A stretch of DNA of 64,000 nucleotides from an uncultured virus (IMG/VR IMGVR_UViG_3300044644_001243) (taxonomy: Duplodnaviria > Heunggongvirae > Uroviricota > Caudoviricetes): IMG/VR virus record IMGVR_UViG_3300044644_001243, positions 1 to 64,000 of that record; one strand, given 5' to 3'. The notes beneath the pieces were generated by a model that was given only the letters and a program-made list of their open reading frames with translations, did not search any database and had not been told where the DNA came from. Of the stretch, positions 60,696 through 64,000 are shown one piece after another (within the stretch, counting starts at the first letter, position 1; every line of letters starts with the position of its first letter). The translations under genes and the position numbers were made by a program.

Positions 60696-62099
60696 ATGGT
60701 AATACGCACATATTTTGACAAAAGCAATACTATAATTAGTAACTCTAATGTTAATACTGGTTTGAACCCAGTAACTGAATTATTTTATGGTGGGGCATTA
60801 ACTCAACAAAAATACACTAGATTCTTATTTCACTTTGATGAAGCAAGGTTAAAAAATTTTTATACTGGTGGTACTTTTACTGAATTATCAAATCTAAAAC
60901 ACACATTAAGAATGACCAATACTGGTTCGTTTGATAAAGATTTATTAAATACTGGTATGGGCTCAAAAGATAGGACTACATCTTTTGATTTAATTCTTTT
61001 TAAAATCAACCAAGATTGGGATAATGGTGTTGGTTATGATTATGAAATACCTATATTACTTACTGGTGATTACGGTTACAGTACAAATCCATCTAATTGG
61101 ATAAGACCAAAAATAGGTTACGATTGGGTTGGTGGTGCTGGTGTTTATTCTGGTTCACCAAGTGCTATTACTGTCACTTACCAACATTTTGATAAAGGTA
61201 ATGAAAACATTGAAATGGATGTTACTGATTATGTTAATGGTGTTTTAACTGGTAACACAAACTATGGTTTAGGTATAGCATTTGCATACCCATTTGAATT
61301 ATTAAATACTAGCCAATACCAATATGTTGGTTTTTTCACAAACAACACACAAACATTCTATGAACCATTTATTGAAACCGTTTATACTAATTATATAAAT
61401 GATGATAGAACAGATTTTTATACTGACAAACCAAATAAATTATATTTATATGTTAATGTAAATGGTAACCCAACTAACTTAGATTCAAAACCTAGTGTTA
61501 ATGTTTATAATGATAATGATATATTATTTTCAGCTTACACATCAAACAAAGTTAAACATGTAACCAAAGGTGTTTATTCAATTGATATAATTGTACCATC
61601 AAGTTATGGTGATTGTGTTATGTTTAATGATGTTTGGACTGGTATAACAATTAATGGCGTTACTAGACCTAATATTTCTTTAGATTTTGTATTAAAAGAT
61701 TCAATGGATTATTATAACATTGGCGACAATAGTTTTTTACCTAAAAAGACAGCTATTACTGTTAGTGGTATTCAAAACAAAGAAAGAATCAAACGTGGTG
61801 ACATTAGAAAGGTTATAGTATCAGCTAGAATACCTTATACAGTTGAACAATCACAAAAAATAGACGATATTAAATATAGAATATTTGTTTCTGAAGGTGC
61901 TGCTGAATTAACCGTTATTGATTTCCAACCAATAGAAAAAACAAATAATCATTACTATTTCTTATTAGATACTGCTAGTTTAATTCCAAATACTTATTAC
62001 TTAGACGTGTTAGTTACATCTAATCTAGAAACTACAACTATTAAAAATGCAATTCAATTTGACGTAGTTAATCAATCAGATTTAAGAAAAGGACAATAA
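60696..62099 (+). CDS. virion structural protein
   Basis: late-promoter motif 13 nt upstream; beta-rich; NTGLN, W..G.G, EMDVT..V, T.TF..P. Confidence 0.6.
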   Translation: MVIRTYFDKSNTIISNSNVNTGLNPVTELFYGGALTQQKYTRFLFHFDEARLKNFYTGGTFTELSNLKHTLRMTNTGSFDKDLLNTGMGSKDRTTSFDLILFKINQDWDNGVGYDYEIPILLTGDYGYSTNPSNWIRPKIGYDWVGGAGVYSGSPSAITVTYQHFDKGNENIEMDVTDYVNGVLTGNTNYGLGIAFAYPFELLNTSQYQYVGFFTNNTQTFYEPFIETVYTNYINDDRTDFYTDKPNKLYLYVNVNGNPTNLDSKPSVNVYNDNDILFSAYTSNKVKHVTKGVYSIDIIVPSSYGDCVMFNDVWTGITINGVTRPNISLDFVLKDSMDYYNIGDNSFLPKKTAITVSGIQNKERIKRGDIRKVIVSARIPYTVEQSQKIDDIKYRIFVSEGAAELTVIDFQPIEKTNNHYYFLLDTASLIPNTYYLDVLVTSNLETTTIKNAIQFDVVNQSDLRKGQ

Positions 62100-62100
62100 T

Positions 62101-62427
62101 ATGAAAAGTTTTATAAAAAAAAGAATTAGAGAACAAATTAGTTTAGATGAAAAAAATTTAAATTATTCTAATGTTTGTAAAAAAATGACTATTAATTCTT
62201 TTGAAGAAGCCTTTAATAATGTTGAAGAAGCCTTAAAAAACGTTGATAGAATAACTAGGTATAAGATTATGCGAAAAATTTATACACCTTTACATAATTT
62301 AAAACATGAGCAAGATTTAATAGCTAATGAAGTTAAAGAAAAAGGTATGTCTGGTGATTCAATTCCAGATGAAGCTGACACATATTGGCACCAAATACAA
62401 AATATATTTTGTAAAGGTATTTACTAA
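62101..62427 (+). CDS. hypothetical protein, possibly head-packaged
   Basis: MKSFIKKRIRE..SLDE N-terminus. Confidence 0.6.
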   Translation: MKSFIKKRIREQISLDEKNLNYSNVCKKMTINSFEEAFNNVEEALKNVDRITRYKIMRKIYTPLHNLKHEQDLIANEVKEKGMSGDSIPDEADTYWHQIQNIFCKGIY

Positions 62428-62452
62428 AAACATTTTTTCACTATATTTATAA

Positions 62453-62527
62453 ATGTGTTAACTCACGTATTGGTCCCGACCAGAAATGGTTTAGAGCTGT
62501 CAAGGCAGCAAAGGTATCGGTACAATA
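62453..62527 (+). ncRNA. candidate structured RNA leader
   Basis: 50% GC over 62461-62520 in an AT-rich genome; gacca-GAAA-tggtt and gctgt-caag-gcagc hairpins enclosed by tattg..ccga / tcgg..caata. Confidence 0.6.
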
Positions 62528-62553
62528 ATAACAAAAATTAAAAGTTAATTAAA

Positions 62554-63423
62554 ATGTATTTAAATTATTCTGCGGCACAATCTGTGCCTACAGCTAATAT
62601 TGCTGTGAACAAATCAAGACTTAAAGTCTACAACAATACGGGCGATATGCCAACGTATTATCTACAAAAGGGACAAGAGTTCCAAATCGAATTATTTAAT
62701 CCAACAACGGATGTTATTCTGGCTAAAATCATACTTAATGGTAATCCTATTTCACAAGGTGGTTTGGTATTGAACCCTGGCCAAAGAGTATTCTTAGACA
62801 GATACTTAGATGTTGCTAAAAAATTCTTATTTGATACTTATGAAGTTTCAAATACTGAAGAAGTTAAAAAAGCAATCGAAAAGAATGGTGATTTCAAAGT
62901 AGAATTCTACAGAGAAAGAGTTCCTAATTACTTAAACACACTAGCAATAAATAGTAATACTGCTAGAGGTTTTGGTGGAACTATAAACAATACAACAATT
63001 GGTGGGTATGCTTCATCTATACCTAACGGTAGCGTTAATATTACAAACACATCTGGTCATATTGGGTCTACTGCGTTATATACTTCTTCAGTTAGTAATA
63101 GTGTACCAACACTTGATTCAATGAATGATATGTTATCAATGGACGCACCAAAAGAAGCTAATCCAACTAGAACGCTAAAGAGTCGTTCTAAGAGCATAGA
63201 AACTGGTAGAGTAGAGCAAGGTTCAGTTTCTGACCAAAAGGTTGTTACAGTGGATAAAAAGTTTGAATACTGGGCTTTTCACACTATTGAATGTAAAATG
63301 TTACCAGTGTCACAAAAAATAAACACAGTTGAAGATATCAATGTAAAAGTATACTGCACAAACTGTGGTGCTAAATTAGGAAAAGGACACAAGTTTTGTG
63401 GTCAATGCGGCACAAAAGCATAA
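62554..63423 (+). CDS. uncharacterised protein with C-terminal zinc ribbon
   Basis: beta-rich N-domain (EFQIELFNP...GGLVL.PGQRVFLDR), low-complexity S/T/N linker, CTNC...CGQC. Confidence 0.8.
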   Translation: MYLNYSAAQSVPTANIAVNKSRLKVYNNTGDMPTYYLQKGQEFQIELFNPTTDVILAKIILNGNPISQGGLVLNPGQRVFLDRYLDVAKKFLFDTYEVSNTEEVKKAIEKNGDFKVEFYRERVPNYLNTLAINSNTARGFGGTINNTTIGGYASSIPNGSVNITNTSGHIGSTALYTSSVSNSVPTLDSMNDMLSMDAPKEANPTRTLKSRSKSIETGRVEQGSVSDQKVVTVDKKFEYWAFHTIECKMLPVSQKINTVEDINVKVYCTNCGAKLGKGHKFCGQCGTKA

Positions 63424-63451
63424 AATAAATTAACGAGTTAACACATAAATT

Positions 63452-63482
63452 AAAACCGAGGATTTGCATCTTCGGTTTTTTT
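63452..63482 (+). terminator. intrinsic terminator
   Basis: aaaaccgaggat-ttgc-atcttcggttttttt (one G-U pair). Confidence 0.85.
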
Positions 63483-63509
63483 ATTGTACATTAGTTAAAA
63501 AATATTGTT

Positions 63510-63674
63510 ATGAAAAATATGAAATTAGAATTAGTAGAAGCAGCGTTAACTGACATTAAAAATTTAGTTAAAGAAAATCCAAATGATATGGATTTAGGTA
63601 AACGTGTTAGAAGTTACTTCCTTAATTTACCAGAAGTGGTTAAAGAATTTAAAGAAGAAATAGATAAACAATAA
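63510..63674 (+). CDS. small hypothetical protein (54 aa, not in the ORF track)
   Basis: MKNMKLELVEAALTDIKNLVKENPNDMDLGKRVRSYF...; fills the intergenic gap. Confidence 0.65.
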   Translation: MKNMKLELVEAALTDIKNLVKENPNDMDLGKRVRSYFLNLPEVVKEFKEEIDKQ

Positions 63675-63703
63675 TTATTTCACTTAGTTTTATATTAATA
63701 AAA

Positions 63704-64000
63704 TTAACCGTATTTAACTTTTCCCATTACACATAATTGTAAAAATACGTCTGCGTCATCTGCATCAAACTGGCCATTTAAAATTCTATAATGTATTTCA
63801 CTATATTCATTTTTTAATAAATTAATAGCATCTAATATTTTATCAATATCAACATAACCCAAATAACCCTTTTCATTCATATATTCATATCCATCATCAG
63901 AATCATCACCAATATTCTCATCTTTATCATAGAAATACATTTTACCTCCACCTAATAAAAATTTACTAATTGCTTTACTACCATGTACACCCATATGTTG
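63704..64000 (-). CDS. hypothetical protein, probably truncated by the window edge
   Basis: reading frame stays open to the window end; ends DADDADVFLQLCVMG.V.YG. Confidence 0.6.
   Translation of the reverse strand, partial: QHMGVHGSKAISKFLLGGGKMYFYDKDENIGDDSDDGYEYMNEKGYLGYVDIDKILDAINLLKNEYSEIHYRILNGQFDADDADVFLQLCVMGKVKYG

Larger units (their letters stand above)
62453..63446. repeat. 12-bp perfect inverted repeat flanking the zinc-ribbon gene
   Basis: atgtgttaactc (62453-62464) and gagttaacacat (63435-63446). Confidence 0.85.

Noticed and set aside
62461..62527. Assignment of the leader to a tRNA, hammerhead ribozyme or known riboswitch
   Set aside because: There is no TpsiC/anticodon architecture, no CUGANGA core and no confident match to riboswitch consensus by eye. 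It is kept only as an unclassified candidate.
62450..63449. Autonomous IS element
   Set aside because: The enclosed protein shows no DDE, HUH or recombinase motifs, and the TAAA flanking repeat is too common in this genome to count as a target-site duplication by itself.
1..64000. Stop-codon reassignment, as found in some large phages
   Set aside because: Standard-code ORFs tile the window densely with intact full-length genes, and TAG and TGA both serve as normal stops.

Overview
This strongly AT-rich, gene-dense window comes from a large (jumbo-type) tailed dsDNA phage with distant T4-like morphogenesis genes, read in the standard genetic code. Layout: (1-8.9 kb, minus) three LamG/ConA-like paralogues, Gly/Thr-rich fibre proteins, gp15-like tail terminator and gp14-like head closure. 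(9-16 kb) SNF2 helicase, glutaredoxin, gp13-like neck protein and family B DNA polymerase. (16.3-28.9 kb, minus) BppU-like protein and large fibres with YadA-like SHAEG repeats and an S74 chaperone. (28.9-32.2 kb) probable head-packaged proteins, including a tandem paralogue pair and a WYL-like protein. (32.3-56.4 kb) a ~24 kb glycosylation/sugar-nucleotide region interleaved with dUTPase, PhoH and two degenerate phosphohydrolases. (56.4-62.4 kb) a gp55-like sigma factor and baseplate/spike genes. An ATATTTAT motif precedes most structural genes on the sense strand and is the probable late promoter. TAnnTTTG boxes and the lack of Shine-Dalgarno sites suggest a Bacteroidota host. The most unusual feature is a unit at 62443-63482: promoter, GC-rich structured leader, zinc-ribbon gene and terminator, with the transcript ends matching as a perfect 12-bp inverted repeat. 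No tRNA, rRNA, CRISPR array, transposase or reverse transcriptase was recognised. All functional calls come from motif recognition by eye, not database searches.
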